From Saccostrea cucullata (lineage: Eukaryota): DNA of 64,000 nt. The notes under the pieces are model-generated. The model made no database searches, was not told where the DNA came from, and saw only the letters and a list, made by a program, of their open reading frames with translations. The stretch lies in assembly GCF_032062105.1 (NCBI RefSeq), contig NW_026926909.1, positions 62,001 to 126,000 on the forward strand, given 5' to 3'. Made by a program: the position numbers and the translations under genes. Of the stretch, positions 25,030 to 38,500 are shown piece by piece. How positions within the stretch are numbered: the stretch's first letter is position 1; each line of letters begins with the position of its first letter.

Positions 25030-25923
25030 CGCGATAAAACTGAAAAGAAAATGTAGATAAATCAACCAAGTTTGAATGAACAAGCTATGTTTTTGAAACA
25101 TCTAATGCCCTGTATGGCAGCTTATGGTGAGGGTAGAAATTTCTCAAATACAAGGATAACGTCAAATGGTCAAATTTATTGGTACTCAATGGAAGGTAAT
25201 CTCACAAAAAATACACATAGGAAATATAAAAGCCCTAGTACGAACGGTTCAAAAGATATGTCAATGTAAATGTTTTAAGTGGGTCAAACTCCAAGGTAAA
25301 AAATGTTGGTATTCAAAGGAAGGACTCGTCACAAGGAATACACCTGTGAAATATGAAAGCGCTAACAATAGCGATTCAAAAGTCATAGTCAAGGTCAAAG
25401 TTATTTTTCAAAGTGGGCTAAATTCTGAGGTCAACTTAAGAAGGTAAAACATTTTTACCCAATAAAAGTTCTTGTCACAGTGAATACAGTGAAGTATGAG
25501 AGCCCTAGCACCAACTATTGAAAGGTTATGGCTATGGTTAAATTTCGGAATTTTTTGGTAAAATTAGTCAAACTTCAAGGTCACGAGGTCAAAGGACTAT
25601 ACTAGTACGCGGTATTGACCAATATTTGCCCCAAAAGTCAAAGTTTAACGGAGATATTTATAAGTAATGTTCTTAAACAGGAAGATATCTGCAAACTTCA
25701 AAGCACTGAATATTTTTATAAGCCATGACGTCATATATTTGCAATGACGTCAGGAAAATGTTAATTTAAAATTTCCATGATTTCTACAGAAAAGGGCGTA
25801 TATTACGTCGATATTTTGAGTAAAAGTCATGGAGCGCAGGTCTGCCCCAGCTTTATAATTTGATATAATACGTAGAATGATAATATCAATGAAATGTTGT
25901 TCTAGAGCAGGCCTGCGTTCTAT

Positions 25924-26087
25924 TAAGAAATAAATAACAAGTTAATAAACTTTAATGGGAATTGAAGTGGTGTGTCGGTCACGTGAATCAAATCCTGTGA
26001 AGGCCGAAGGCCTTCTCAGAAGATTTGATCATTTCTAGACCCACTTCAATTCCCATTGAAGTTTATTAATTTGTTATTTATTACTTA
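25924..26087. repeat. Long imperfect palindrome
   Basis: Arms aataaataacaagttaataaactttaatgggaattgaagtgg / ccacttcaattcccattgaagtttattaatttgttatttatt; core gaaggccgaaggccttc. Confidence 0.8.
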
Positions 26088-26788
26088 TATATACATTTGA
26101 GACAGACAATTGAATATTTTCGAATATTAATTATTGCACTAACCGTACGTCGTAGATTTTGAAAAATGACGCAAGGTGTAAATCGGCTTGATTGGCGGTT
26201 ACGCTTCGAATTCATCAGGCGAAGGATTCTATTTCGAAGGGAATACTTTGTGAAAGGCTACTTGTGATCAGTACTAGTGAAAAGATTGTTGTCTGGGAAT
26301 AATTTTATTTGTGAAAATTGATAATCAATGCTGAAAAGACACAAGAAACACGTCTGAAGATCGCTGATAAAAAGTTGGAGGAATTTCGGTCGCTGGAAAG
26401 TGAGGGATGGATCCGATGGATGGAAAAACTTGACCGAGCCAGTTAATTTGCAATCAAGCATTAAATTTGATCAAAAACATTCAATCTACGATTTCAATAA
26501 CTAAATGTATAATTACGATGTAAACAAGGAGAAACACTGAAGTACGACAACGCCGAGGTGTTCATGGTGTTTATCAGCTGTTCGTGATTGTGATGTTTTG
26601 ATATTTTCCAACACGACTGTCACTTACACATTTATCGTGAGTAGAATTTAATGAAAAAAATATAGTTCATCATGACGATTTAACTTAAGGTCTACCCAAA
26701 AATTAAGGATTAACGTTAGATACTGTGCAGCTGACAAAAGTGACGTAAAGCTTGTGTAGAAGTTCGGGCTTTACGGACCGTGGATATC

Positions 26789-26862
26789 GGCCTGGATAGC
26801 TCAGTGGTTAGAGCACCTGACTAGTAATACAGGGGTCCCGGGTTCGATTCCCGGTCCAGCCA
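26789..26862 (+). pseudogene. tRNA-like sequence in 5' LTR (Thr-AGT-like loop)
   Basis: A-box tagctcagtgg, B-box ggttcgattcc, intact D and T arms; bulged acceptor and anticodon stems. Confidence 0.75.
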
Positions 26863-27050
26863 TATGTTTTCTTCGTGCATTTCTCCTTTCCCACTACATT
26901 TGGTGGCCAGTGTGGGGGGCTTTGTTCAGGTTACAGTGTATGTGTAAATTAGTAATTCCTGGCAGGGCCCTAGAACTTGTGTCTTCGAGGTCGAAGACTG
27001 TTTAAGGAGGGAGGAATGTAGAAGTTCGGGCTTTACGGACCGTGGATATC

Positions 27051-27124
27051 GGCCTGGATAGCTCAGTGGTTAGAGCACCTGACTAGTAATACAGGGGTCC
27101 CGGGTTCGATTCCCGGTCCAGCCA
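27051..27124 (+). pseudogene. tRNA-like sequence in 3' LTR
   Basis: Identical to 26789-26862. Confidence 0.75.
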
Positions 27125-28764
27125 TATGTTTTCTTCGTGCATTTCTCCTTTCCTACTACACTTGTAAACAAACTTATAAAGGCTAGATCTATAGTTTTTA
27201 TCCTTATATTCCCTATGTATACAGGTTAAATCGATAACCCAAAAACTGTATAAAATACTTGTTTACATTGTAAATAGAATTATTATTATTTTACTTGCTT
27301 ACTTTGTTCATTTTTATACGTATGTAGAGCAAGTCATTTCATATTATTGCGCAGTGTGATTAGGTCACGTATTGACCCCTGACCTCTGACAAACTTCATA
27401 CAGAATTGAAGATATTTGTTCTCTGTATGTTTATATAAGGGAGAGATAACACAAATGTATATATTAAATGTTATAGTAAAAATTGAGCAAATTTAATCCA
27501 TTTTTCTCCTCTTTCTAAAAAAAAAATACAATATCCAAAATAGTTTGAGACATCATAAAAATAAAAATTATCAAAAATCTTCTTTGAAACTATAATTTTT
27601 CGGTTACTAGCATTTTAGATTTCTCGTTCTTTATATAAAAAAAATTTCATGAAATTTTCAAAATATGACTTGGGGGGGGGGGGGCAAAATTATGCAATAA
27701 ACCGCATCTAGTCCTTTGATGGTACCAAAAAAATGTCTTGTGATAGGAAATACGCCTTTGAAATATGAAAGCCATAGCCTCACTCACACCAAAAGTTATG
27801 GACAAGATTTCAGATGTTTTTGCGGACAATCAGATAGATGGACTGGGCAAAAACTATATATCCCCGATTCTTCGATTACGGGGGCTTCCTTTTCTTGTTA
27901 TTTCCAAGATGATTAATTTTAGTTTCCTTCGACTCACCGATTCTTAAGTGTAACTTTTAACTTAGCTTTTGATATTATAATATTAACTTTCATAAGGACT
28001 CTGTGGGTTAACAGTCAGGGGATACTTGGATATACAATGTATTTGCCTCCATCAGTATTTTCTCCTGCGATATTCATTAAAATTTGAAATTTTTTTTTCT
28101 TTAGAATTTCAATCACAAAAGTGCCCCTATCTGGTGGTATGTAAAACTATCTAACCGTGCTAATATATTATTTTTTGGAAGCAACAGATGTTCTATTGCA
28201 ATAATAACAAGATTATTGTTAATTTTCTTAATAGAGTGAATAGGTAAAAAGAAAAAAAAAATGCTGCAAATATTTTTCCTTATTTTGGGATGAATTTATT
28301 AACATATTTTCAATGTTTCTTTCATCATCAAACCTAATTTGATTCGGATCCATCCCCTCAAATTATGTACATGTATTTTGTGTTTCTTGTATATAAAACT
28401 ATAGCATTACATATTGTTGATATTATCTAAAATATTGATAATATTCAATTATTCATGTATCAAATACATGCTCGATGATAATATCATACGTGTACATTTT
28501 TTCTGTATTTATTTTTTATGAATATACAAGGACCATATAGATTTATTTTTTATCATACACCTTTATTCAATTTGGACGAAAGTGTAATGAGCATTTTAAG
28601 TATCAGCTTTTTAGCCGGGCTTTGCTGAAAGCGAAGTCCTGACTGTAGGCATCGTGATAGACTGACTTACTATAAATAGCACAGTGTAGAAAAGTAAACA
28701 AAAAACCAAACAGCGTGAAAGCAGACGCTTCCGATAAACAAAATAGTCACATTGCGATACTTAA

Positions 28765-29689
28765 GGTAAGTCACTCCTGAAATTTGTTAAATCAAGGATT
28801 TTTTGAGAAGTATATTTTGGATAAGTATTCATAAAGTGTAATTCAAAATCGCAAAGAAAATGGGGGGTCAGTGTGCATCCTACTGATCTACGGTACATTT
28901 AAGTTGACCTTTTTGCACTTAAATTTCATCTCTTTGGTTAATTACTTTAACCTTATTATATTTGATCAGATGTAAGCATGGCAATAAATATAATCTTATT
29001 TTACGTAAGATAGTTTGAATAACATTTATCATTAAACAAATCTTGCAAATTATTGCGCGTAAATTATTGTGTGACCTTTTTGCACTAAAAAATAGCATAT
29101 TTGGGGTATTAAAAAACTTAATAGGCAATAAAAAAATTTCTTATATCAAACTTTTTACGACTTAAGTGCTGATCAGTCACAAGTATCGAGTAGTTTAAAA
29201 TAATGAAAGAAAAAGGTGGGGTCAGTGATGTTAATTTTGAAATATTTGTCAAAATATGTGATTTTCAGGCAAAAAATGGTGTAAATTTGATCTTGACTTC
29301 TTTAATATATTTTCATTTCTTGGAAAAGTTTGTTGAGGGAAGGTGTAAAACTTGGTCTAAAAATATGAATTAAGACCTATATCAAATATTCTTAGCAATA
29401 TCAAAACGGAAAATATTCTCCGAGTAAAATTATGTGATTCTAAATTTCCATTACATTAAATTTTATAAATGTGCAGATTTGCAGAATTATCTGCTAAATA
29501 TCCTTCCACCAAAAGAAATAGTCCCTCATAAATCTTGCTTCTTTGTAGAATTTTGAGCAGTTTTTTCATTGAATGTTAAAAAATTTACATTGTTGAATTT
29601 AAATATGTTATAAAAATTGAATTTTGATAAGTAGTTATGAAGTAAAAGCTTCTGCGTGACTTTTCTAAAAAGCTGACGAGTGACTTACC
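28765..29689. mobile_element. Kolobok-like non-autonomous DNA transposon
   Basis: TIR ggtaagtcactc, flanked by TTAA on both sides. Confidence 0.75.
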
Positions 29690-31212
29690 TTAAACAAATA
29701 TTTTTAACACCTCAATCTTTGGAAATGTTAATGATCAATATTTTTGCTTGAAACTTGAATGGAAAGAGGAATTGGATATTTTCTTTATTAGAGTAATCGT
29801 GATATAACAGTTCGTGAACATACTCTGTTGAACGCAAAGAAAACTATTTTAAAAAGTGCGGGCTTTGTGAAAGGTTGAAATCGTGGAAGAGTTTCATATC
29901 GTTTTCGTCGATGATATATTAGTGGTCATATTCTCTGTTTTAATTTTTAGCAAATTGATAGTTTAGTGAATAAGAATTTTAAGAATTAATATGCGTTATG
30001 TCTGAAGTCTCTTGAAAATGTACATATAACAGTGTTTCTACATGTAGTTGGTGATAAAAGTATTGCTTGTTTTGAAACAAAAAGAATTCCTCCTCCGAAA
30101 TATAATTCATCAAATTTTAAAATCTTAACTGCACATGTATGTTAGATGATTACTTGATATTCTGAAATTCTTGACCATGACCATGCAAGAAAGTTTAGCT
30201 AAAACATATAAATTAAAAAGAAATTTACCATTATTTCTTGTCACGTAAAATTATAATACCATGTATTATGACTGAGTTGTCTTTTTAAAAAGTTGACATT
30301 TTAGAAAAAAAAGCAGCGAAAATTTATTTTTCTTTTCTAATACAATAAACAAATTCAACAAAAATCCCTATATATGATGGCTAATATTTTGTGTAAATAT
30401 GGTTTAAATAAAGTTCTCAATGCAATTATATTTGGTTCCATGTAATATTCGTATTAAAAACTTTTAATTTTGATTACTGGGATAAAGCTTTATATTTTGT
30501 GAAGCATGTAAATATATGAAATAAATAAAAATGTTATAGAAGTTTCATGTAAATACGTACATATTGATTACCCATAATTGGCCAATCCATTAAGCATCGA
30601 AAATATTTTTTATGCTTGCAAATTCAGATCAATATTTTAACAAAAGGTCACAGCTATGTTTTGTGAAAATTTTGTTCGAGACTTCTCAGCTTGGATTTAT
30701 CCTTCATGTGCTCGCAGCTAGGACACTTTACAATATATTCAGCGTGCACCTGCAGTTCAATAAGTTGTCTAAAAACACATGCAAACGTTCAGGGGTGCTG
30801 GGAAATCATGATTTTCTCAGGCAATGACCAGTTTGGCCAAATCTTGAACTAGACTTATACTGTGGACTCATTCGTGTCATGATAAATTAGATAATTATCA
30901 ATTTTGTGTAGCTGATTTCCTAAAGGCCAAGAAACAATCAAATTTTTACTAAAAATATGGGCATGTAGTATCGCTTTTAAAGGAGATAGAAAAAAGGAAA
31001 AATTGTCAAAATCCTATTCCTTGGGTAGGGGGTGTCTTCCAACTTACGATCACATTTCGATTTTTATTAATATATAACCAAATTTTGATATCGTAATTTA
31101 CCATAATTTTAATAAGCTACGGCAAAATGAAGAGTAGGCTCTAGTTAACGATAGACCATCCATTTTGTTTTTAGTAAACCTGTTTGTCGTGATTGTAAAG
31201 TTCCCGATATTG

Positions 31213-31993
31213 CAGGGTTTAAACTTAACTGAAATTACCACGAGCCATGTGGGCTCCTGACATTTCAAATTTAGGAGCCCACTGCTAAATTTGTTAGCCA
31301 ACAGTCTCTGTGATTTTTTTTAAAAAGCATAGATACTGGGACAAATGAAATACATATATAAATTTATCTGTTTAAAATTGGAGTTCTTACTTTATAAAAA
31401 TCAGATGTCATATAAATATTTAATCAAAGGATATAAAATTGTATTCAATAAATATTTTAACTATTTTTTTTTTTACTTGATAATACATGTATATAAATAC
31501 GTAGCCCTGGTACATGTCTTCATCTGATAAATTGACAATGACACAATAAGATTTTCTAGGTAAATTTTTCAACTACAACATATCTGAAATAGGTGAAAAC
31601 ACATAGTATTCATATGACTGAGTAGTTGGGAGATATTAAAATTGTATATCTCTCACGTATCAACCATTTACAGACGGTTGGAGGAAATTCGGATTAGGAA
31701 AAAAAGACGATCGTTTTAGGGAATTTCACAAATCGTGTAATACTTTAAATGGAAAAGATGAAGAATATTTACGAACAATAGGACCATACTGCTGTGATTT
31801 ATTTCATTTTTCTGTAGTTTTAAATCAAAAACCTGCATAAAATGTCTGTTTTTTCAGTAAGGGGACTGGGAATGAATTCGGTCCCCTGCAGAATTTTTAT
31901 TCGCCACGTGGGCGAACAACTTACAAATTTTATGAGCACACACCAATTTTTACTCGCAATTTGCGAGTGGGCGAGCGTTAAGTTTAAACCCTG
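31213..31993. mobile_element. hAT-like MITE with 5-bp TSD
   Basis: 17-bp TIR cagggtttaaacttaac; TSD tattg (31208-31212, 31994-31998). Confidence 0.8.
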
Positions 31994-33004
31994 TATTGTG
32001 TGCCTGTGTTAATCAGCAAAACCACTCAAAGTACACTGTCACCATGCATAACCATTGCAAACTAAATTTTTAGAAAGGTATACATATACATTGTAAGTGT
32101 ATTTGCATTAAAGGTAAGACCACTTTAGTCCTATTTTGAGGTCTGAAAGTTAGGTTCTTGACTGTTAGTTTTAATCATTGGTAGATGGGATATTGCTAAT
32201 TTTTATCATACAGACCCTACTTGTTAAACATCAATGACCAGAATGAACACAATTTAAATATGTATTATAATTTCGGATCAAACAATATACACATGCAATT
32301 ACAGCAAGGCTTTCAATACTTTCAGTACTTTGATTATGATTGATGAATTGGGCGAGTAAGATGCATTGTAAAATTAACATACTTAATTTCTGTATTTTTA
32401 AGAAAGTTCCACTCCTTACCGTTATACGTGTGTGATGTTGGCTAGCCGCTATAAAAAAAACTCCCTCATTTACATTTTATCCATCAAATGTCCGCTGCCC
32501 CAGACAGCCTTTTGCAAAATAAACCTTCATGGGACAATTCTACAGGTTATATATGTATTTGGCAGCAGGTTGACCAATATCCATAAATGTAAAAATAAAC
32601 TTCACATGCAATGTTCTTCTTGAGAGGTGGGTGATAGTAATGTTTAGTCAGTAAATACAACGTATTTGATTGTAGTATGGAGGTATATTTTGCTCTGGGG
32701 AAAAGAAATCTTGGTAAAGTCTTGCATTTTGTGTAGGAACAGCTGATAGCTTTCAAGGAATGGATGAAAATTCAAGTTTTGTCTATTTTTTACTGTGCGA
32801 CTTCTTCATCAAAATTTCTAACCCCAAGTCCGTAATCTGAGAAAAGACTAATTTAAGTCATAATTTTAAATAAAGATAACTCGAGTTTCATTGGAGGTTG
32901 GTCACGTGATAAAATGCCCGAATTGCGTTATGTTTATATATAGTAAATTTGATCACGTGCCAACGTTATTCCATATCTCGTTGAAACTCTAAAAAAAAAA
33001 GAGA

Positions 33005-34574
33005 GAGAGACCCATGGGCCACATCGTTCACCTGATCAATGTGGCTAGGAAATAAGCGGAAATCAGTTCAGTATTGAAAAGCCTAAATGCATAAATTTAG
33101 TGGTCGAACCTATCCTTTATAAAGGGGGGGTATTATTCGAACAAGTTGCATCTACGCTAAGTATGCTTGCATATTTCTTTGACTAACTGTGGCTTTTTTA
33201 CCCTTTTAAGTTTGAACTTAAATTGTGGTCTAGCCTGCCCCCCCCCCTCCCCGATCATGATTTGAACAAAGCTATCTATATACGCACACTAACTGAGGAT
33301 GATTCTATAAAAATGTCTTTGTTTCCATATACATTTCTATGGCCGACCATTGTGCCCCATCTCTACACCTGGGGTGTCGTGATTTGAACAAACATAAATC
33401 TACACTATCTGAGGATGCTCAAAATATGATGAATATGGTCAATCGAGGGTTTTCTGGTTTTTTTTTTTTAGATTTTAAAAGATGTTTCTTATATATTTGT
33501 GTCTAAAACTTTGAGTGTCCCTTGTGGTCCTGTCCTGTCCCTGGGGGTCATGATTTAAACATTACCTGAGAATGCTTTCTTTACCCAAGGATACTCTGTA
33601 CCATGTCTCATTGAAATCGATTAATTTTTCACTAATTTGTAATTATCTCCCATTGGAAGAGGATGTGTCCATTCACTTGAATAAATTTGAATCATCTTTA
33701 CCCAGGGACACTCTGTACCAAGTTTGGTTGTAACCGACCCAGTATTTCTTGGGAAGGAAAAGTGAAAAATTTCGACAACAACGCCAACAATGACAGAAAA
33801 CGAACAAATTTTGATCAAAAGAGCTGAGTGGAAAATATAGTGGAAGTATCTTTTTCATACAAGAAAAGCAAGGCCATAATAGAATAAATCTGCTGATGAA
33901 AACTCAGGTGAGCACTTTAGCCCATGTAGTAGGCATGTACCTCTTGTTTTCTCATATATATATATTCCTATGCAAAACTTTGATCCTGTATTATGGCCCC
34001 ATGAAGGTTTGGGGTAAGTTTCATTTTTCTGGATCAATAGTTCTCGAGAACAGTATCATTAAGGACAGATGATACAAACATAAAAATGGATGCCTAGATT
34101 GGTATATATTTTTTGGCATGCAAATGATTCAAATGATAAATTTCTAGAATATAAAGAAATTGTAAACCTTCTGTGATGTTCAAAAGTCTGCCCTTCTGAA
34201 ACCATCCTTATTAATCTATACAAATATTTTTCACTTCAAATTCCATTTTTGTGCAAATTTGAATGAAAAATTAAAAACTATGCGGTGAAGGTTATTCATT
34301 TTACTCATTTAAACATGACCCAAGTTGTTATGTTCAAATTCTTTGGCAAAAGTTTGTTTGTATCATCTGTCCTTAAAAGTTACCAAAAAGTATTCAGTTT
34401 TTCTTAATTATCTACCCTTGAAACGGGTAATGTTTTTTCGTGTGAAAAAAATAATCCTCTTCGCCAAGATGCTTTGTTGCAAATTTAGTTGAACTTGTCC
34501 CAGTAGTTCTGGGAAAGAAGGTGAAAATGTGATAAGAAAAGCTCACTTGCTTTTTCAGCTCAGGTGAGCTAAAA
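33005..34574 (+). mobile_element. Decayed CvA/Helentron-type element(s) with 166-bp satellite remnants
   Basis: cccatgggccacatcgttcacctga start, degenerate catgatttgaac/tctacacta units, end aaagctcacttg...caggtgagctaaaa; same family as 44768-45910. Confidence 0.65.
34063..34372. mobile_element. Kolobok-like MITE nested in the CvA-type element
   Basis: 18-bp TIR ggacagatgatacaaaca; TTAA on both flanks. Confidence 0.8.
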
Positions 34575-34590
34575 TATTACATTCATTTAA

Positions 34591-34674
34591 GGTATTTCCA
34601 TCCTCCTATGATGTCATAGGTTTTTGCAAAACTGTTATTATCGGTAATTTAAATTCATACCCAAAAGAACAAAG

Positions 34675-34706
<32 letters not shown>

Positions 34707-35171
34707 TGATTTTCAATAAGTGTAATGATAAATATTGTTAAATATTAGAACTTTAAAAATGTATATTTTCATTATTAAATCAATTATTCTATCTTTTAAA
34801 AATTGTGACAAGGACAATAACTCCTTCTCAGATATCTTCATTCAGACATTTCTTTTTTGTACTTTTAATGTAAAATAGATTCCCTAATATTCACATTTCC
34901 AAATTATCTTATATGTAGCAAGTATTTTGGTACTCTAAGCATCAGAATTATGCATTTGAACCAGTTTTTACATAATATATACAATATTGTTTTCCAAAAA
35001 ATTAAGATTTTTTAATGTTGAAATACACTCCTGATTATTTATGTCTCCCAACTCAAATAATATGGCGACCTATATATTTTTTGCAAAAATTGGTAAAATT
35101 AAACTATAATACATGAAAATAAATGCAGTTTTTGTTCTTTGAACCATTAAAATTGTAAGGGTGGAAAAACC
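34591..35171. mobile_element. Kolobok-like MITE
   Basis: Imperfect TIR ggtatttccatcc / gggtggaaaaacc; TTAA flanks. Confidence 0.55.
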
Positions 35172-35505
35172 TTAATTTTAAATGTCATAATTAAGAATCA
35201 GTCATTCAAAATTATCACAGTTTATTTTCTATTTTAATTTTTCAGACATAAAAACAAAGACATCTGTACATTGACATAAAACTCTTCCTGAAGTACTATC
35301 TCCATAAATCTGACATTCTCTATATTTGACTTATTATATATTTTCTTCCATTTAAATGTCTGGTGAATGGAGTTCTCATTCAACATGAATTCACAGCAAC
35401 TCTCCTATCATGACAGGAAAAAGCTTTAGTATCCACTGTTCCACATGATTTAATGTAACACTTGTCAAAATTCCTGGAGTTCAATAGGTCAACTGCATTA
35501 CTTTG

Positions 35506-38500
35506 CTATGCACCACCAGAGGGCATGATCTGCTGTCCTGGATATTTAATTTCCTGATCTTTTGATGAAAAGAAAGTGTATGATAACACAATGTCATCAA
35601 CATTAGCCATCCGCGGATCATCCAGCAACTCAGGGTCAAGGTAGAAAAACACAGGCATCTCCACCTGAAAGTTTAAAGTATATCAATAATATGTTTAAAA
35701 AAAAAATGAATTCAAAAATGAAAAAGGTGTTGGATTTATGAAGAATAACTGTCTTTAAAAATATTGATTGTAGTAAATTATACAAGGATGTTTTTTATTC
35801 ATCCATCTTTGCTTTTCTTTTTATTTAATGTATATAATGTATTCTAAAGAGTTAAACACACAGCATAGAGTTTTAAAGTTTATCAAAATGCAATACAATG
35901 CAATGAAATTTTATCTTGTACAGTTGAACTGGATCTTTTTTGTGAAAACTTAAATACCTTTTCATAGTTCACACTAAGATGTACTATCATGATTAAGATA
36001 TAAAATTTGTTCAGAATCAGTAAAGTGTTTTCAAATTTTCAAATGTTCTGTGACAGATAATGGGGACACATTGAAATACTGTATACAGGGTTATTTTCGC
36101 CTCTCAAACTTGCAGACAATTTTACCCCACTTTAAATTCACCCAGTCACGGTTTTATTTAAGAAATTATACTGTATTCTTTGAATTGGCCAAAGGAGGGG
36201 TAGGGCGAAAAGGACAAAAATAAAACGGGGTGAAAATTTCCCTGTATACAGAAGTTTGTTCTGTGACAGACGATGGGAACATGTTGAAATAGTTTGATGT
36301 AAAAATTGGAGTGAAGCAAGGTTGTTGCGTATCTGGATTTTTATTCCTGATAAAAATGGACCGATAAGTTCAGAGAAAAATGAAGAGATCAGCATACAAT
36401 AGGACTTTAACAACAAATTGAAAAATTATTTTGATTTTACAGATGATGCAATTAATACAACTTAAAATAACAAATATGATAAAAGAAGCAGAGAGAATAA
36501 GGCTCTAGTACAATGTCAGGAAATCAAAAGGTTAGAATAAATGCCAGAAACATACAGAATGCCAGAATACATTAATACTAGAAGGAGGGGGAATGCAAGA
36601 AATCACAGATTTTCTTGGGGTTTAATTTTCATTGTTTTCGAGGTATTAAGAGACCCACGAATTTATGTCCACCAGAAAATATGAAATTTTACCTACATAA
36701 CTACTTAACAATTCTTCATCCACAAATTCAAATGCCAACAAACCAAGAATTCTATACAAACCACAAAAATTTGACCCCTTGAAAATATGTGATTTTACAG
36801 TACTTTAAAAATGAACACCTTGCAAGAATCAAAGAATTATTTGGGAATCAAAATCTGGGAAAATGAACAAGACAAAGAAGAAAATAATCTTTGGCTAATA
36901 GACAGACACCATAATAAATGCTTAAGAAGGATAATGATGAAAAAATGTAAGATATTACAAGAAGTGAAGGCCTATTACAGAGAACAAGGAAGGGATCAAT
37001 CATTGAGGAAGTAAGAAGAAGGTAGAAAAAATCCTCCCAATAACTGTATTAAACATAGCAATAACGTGGGCACTTAAAAGAAGAAGAAAGCCTGGGTGAC
37101 ACAAAAACAATAGGCACCGCACAGTAGAAAGGAAAAGTGCTGGATTGCAATCATGGAATGCCAGTAGCCAATAGAAATTTGATACTTGTTAAGGCAGTGT
37201 ATGCCACCAGGCACAAGGGACATATAAGTAACAGGCTGCCTAATAAAAGTCCCCACCAAAACAGCTTTGCTTGATCTCATCTTTATTTGATACAGAGGTG
37301 GTTATAAAGTACTATAAAGTATCTATATGTCGACATTAGAGCAGAACAATCACATTGACCTGAAAGCTTAGGAAGACCAGGTGAAATTGTGATAATATGA
37401 CAAACTTTCATAAATCTTGGGAATGTCCATGTTTCTTTATTTGAGCACAATATTTCTGATAAACCTATAAACTGAAACTTGTGGAAACTATGGAAGAGAA
37501 ACATATTTTTGTTTAAGGTTGATAATTAATTGAAAATTTTCCTTTAGAATGAACTTTTTAAAATTAGCTCATTCTAAAGGAGAACGCCAGCAAAATGAAG
37601 AGAAACAAATTGAATCCTGTGTCATAAGATCAACACATGGTTAACCATATAGCTATGATCTTAATAAAATGCTCCACAAGAAGAATTAATGCTGCTGATA
37701 TAAGCAATGTTTCAGACAGGGAAGATTTATGGTGTCATCAACTCCTTCCAAATTGTCCACCTCTGAACAATCAAACACCCCCACCATGTTCTGACTTTGC
37801 TTGTCACTGGACTTGTATGAGAGGACATTTTTATTAACACTGAATCTTCAATTTGATTATTCTACTTCTATTGCTGCATAGTAGATTTTGTTCGTAAATA
37901 TAAAATATATAAGATTTTCTCATTTTTATTAAGAGAATTTGATCTTTAGCATTTTCCATTTTCTAAATTAAGTTTTTTAAATATCTTTTTCATATTCAGA
38001 AGTTATTGCAAGGGTATTTTGAAGTACAAGATTTGCTTTTAAAATAATTGAACCAATATAATTATAAGTAATATTTAAATTACTAATTATAAAAAGTATA
38101 TGTACATAATTCATTTATAACTATTATTAATGACATTTATGCAAAATAATTCAACTGACTAATGCAAATTATTATAAATTGAAGGATATATTATAATTTG
38201 CAAACAATTATAATAATCATATTCAAGTATAGCAGCTGTAGACATCTATTTATTGAAGTTATCAAAACAAGTGTATCAATCGAACACGTGTTTATCTACT
38301 GCATAGGAAAAGTGTCGGTCTGATTGGATTTATAGAATACCTGTTCTACAGGTATTCTGTTACACAGGTATTCTGTTAAAGCATGCACGCTTTAGCGTGT
38401 GTAAGATTTAAATGCTATTCGAAGGCTCTTTCTCAGCGCAGTCAGACGTTTCCCTGCCCACCCACCCTCACAAGTATCATGTTTGTTTTTATCAATTATA

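Larger units (their letters stand above)
26755..27160 (+). mobile_element. Intact TRIM with tRNA-derived LTRs (Helenus-type non-autonomous LTR retrotransposon)
   Basis: Two 144-bp TG...CA LTRs (26755-26898, 27017-27160; 1 mismatch). PBS tggtggccagtgtgggg at 26901, PPT aaggagggaggaa before the 3' LTR, 4-bp TSD cttg (26751-26754, 27161-27164). Confidence 0.92.
25078..27886 (+). mobile_element. Helentron/HINE-like element split by nested insertions
   Basis: 5' part 25078-25590 and 3' part ~27720-27886 (terminal hairpin tcccc...cgggg) match family 1757-2327. Between them lies an imperfect-TIR element (caaaggacta.../...tagtcctttg) containing a palindrome and the TRIM. Confidence 0.55.

Noticed and set aside
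25030-25101. N-terminal extension of track ORF 22942-25101 (likewise the GTG starts at 8578 and 20527)
   Set aside because: It crosses a clear splice acceptor and runs into a transposon; the downstream ATGs directly precede the signal peptides.
26789-27124. Two functional tRNA-Thr genes
   Set aside because: Acceptor and anticodon stems are bulged, and both copies are parts of LTRs bounded by PBS, PPT and TSD.
36400-37500. Possible nested gene in the large COX11 intron (purine-rich stretch, short ORFs)
   Set aside because: All frames are interrupted by stops; no recognisable protein motif or consistent exon chain.
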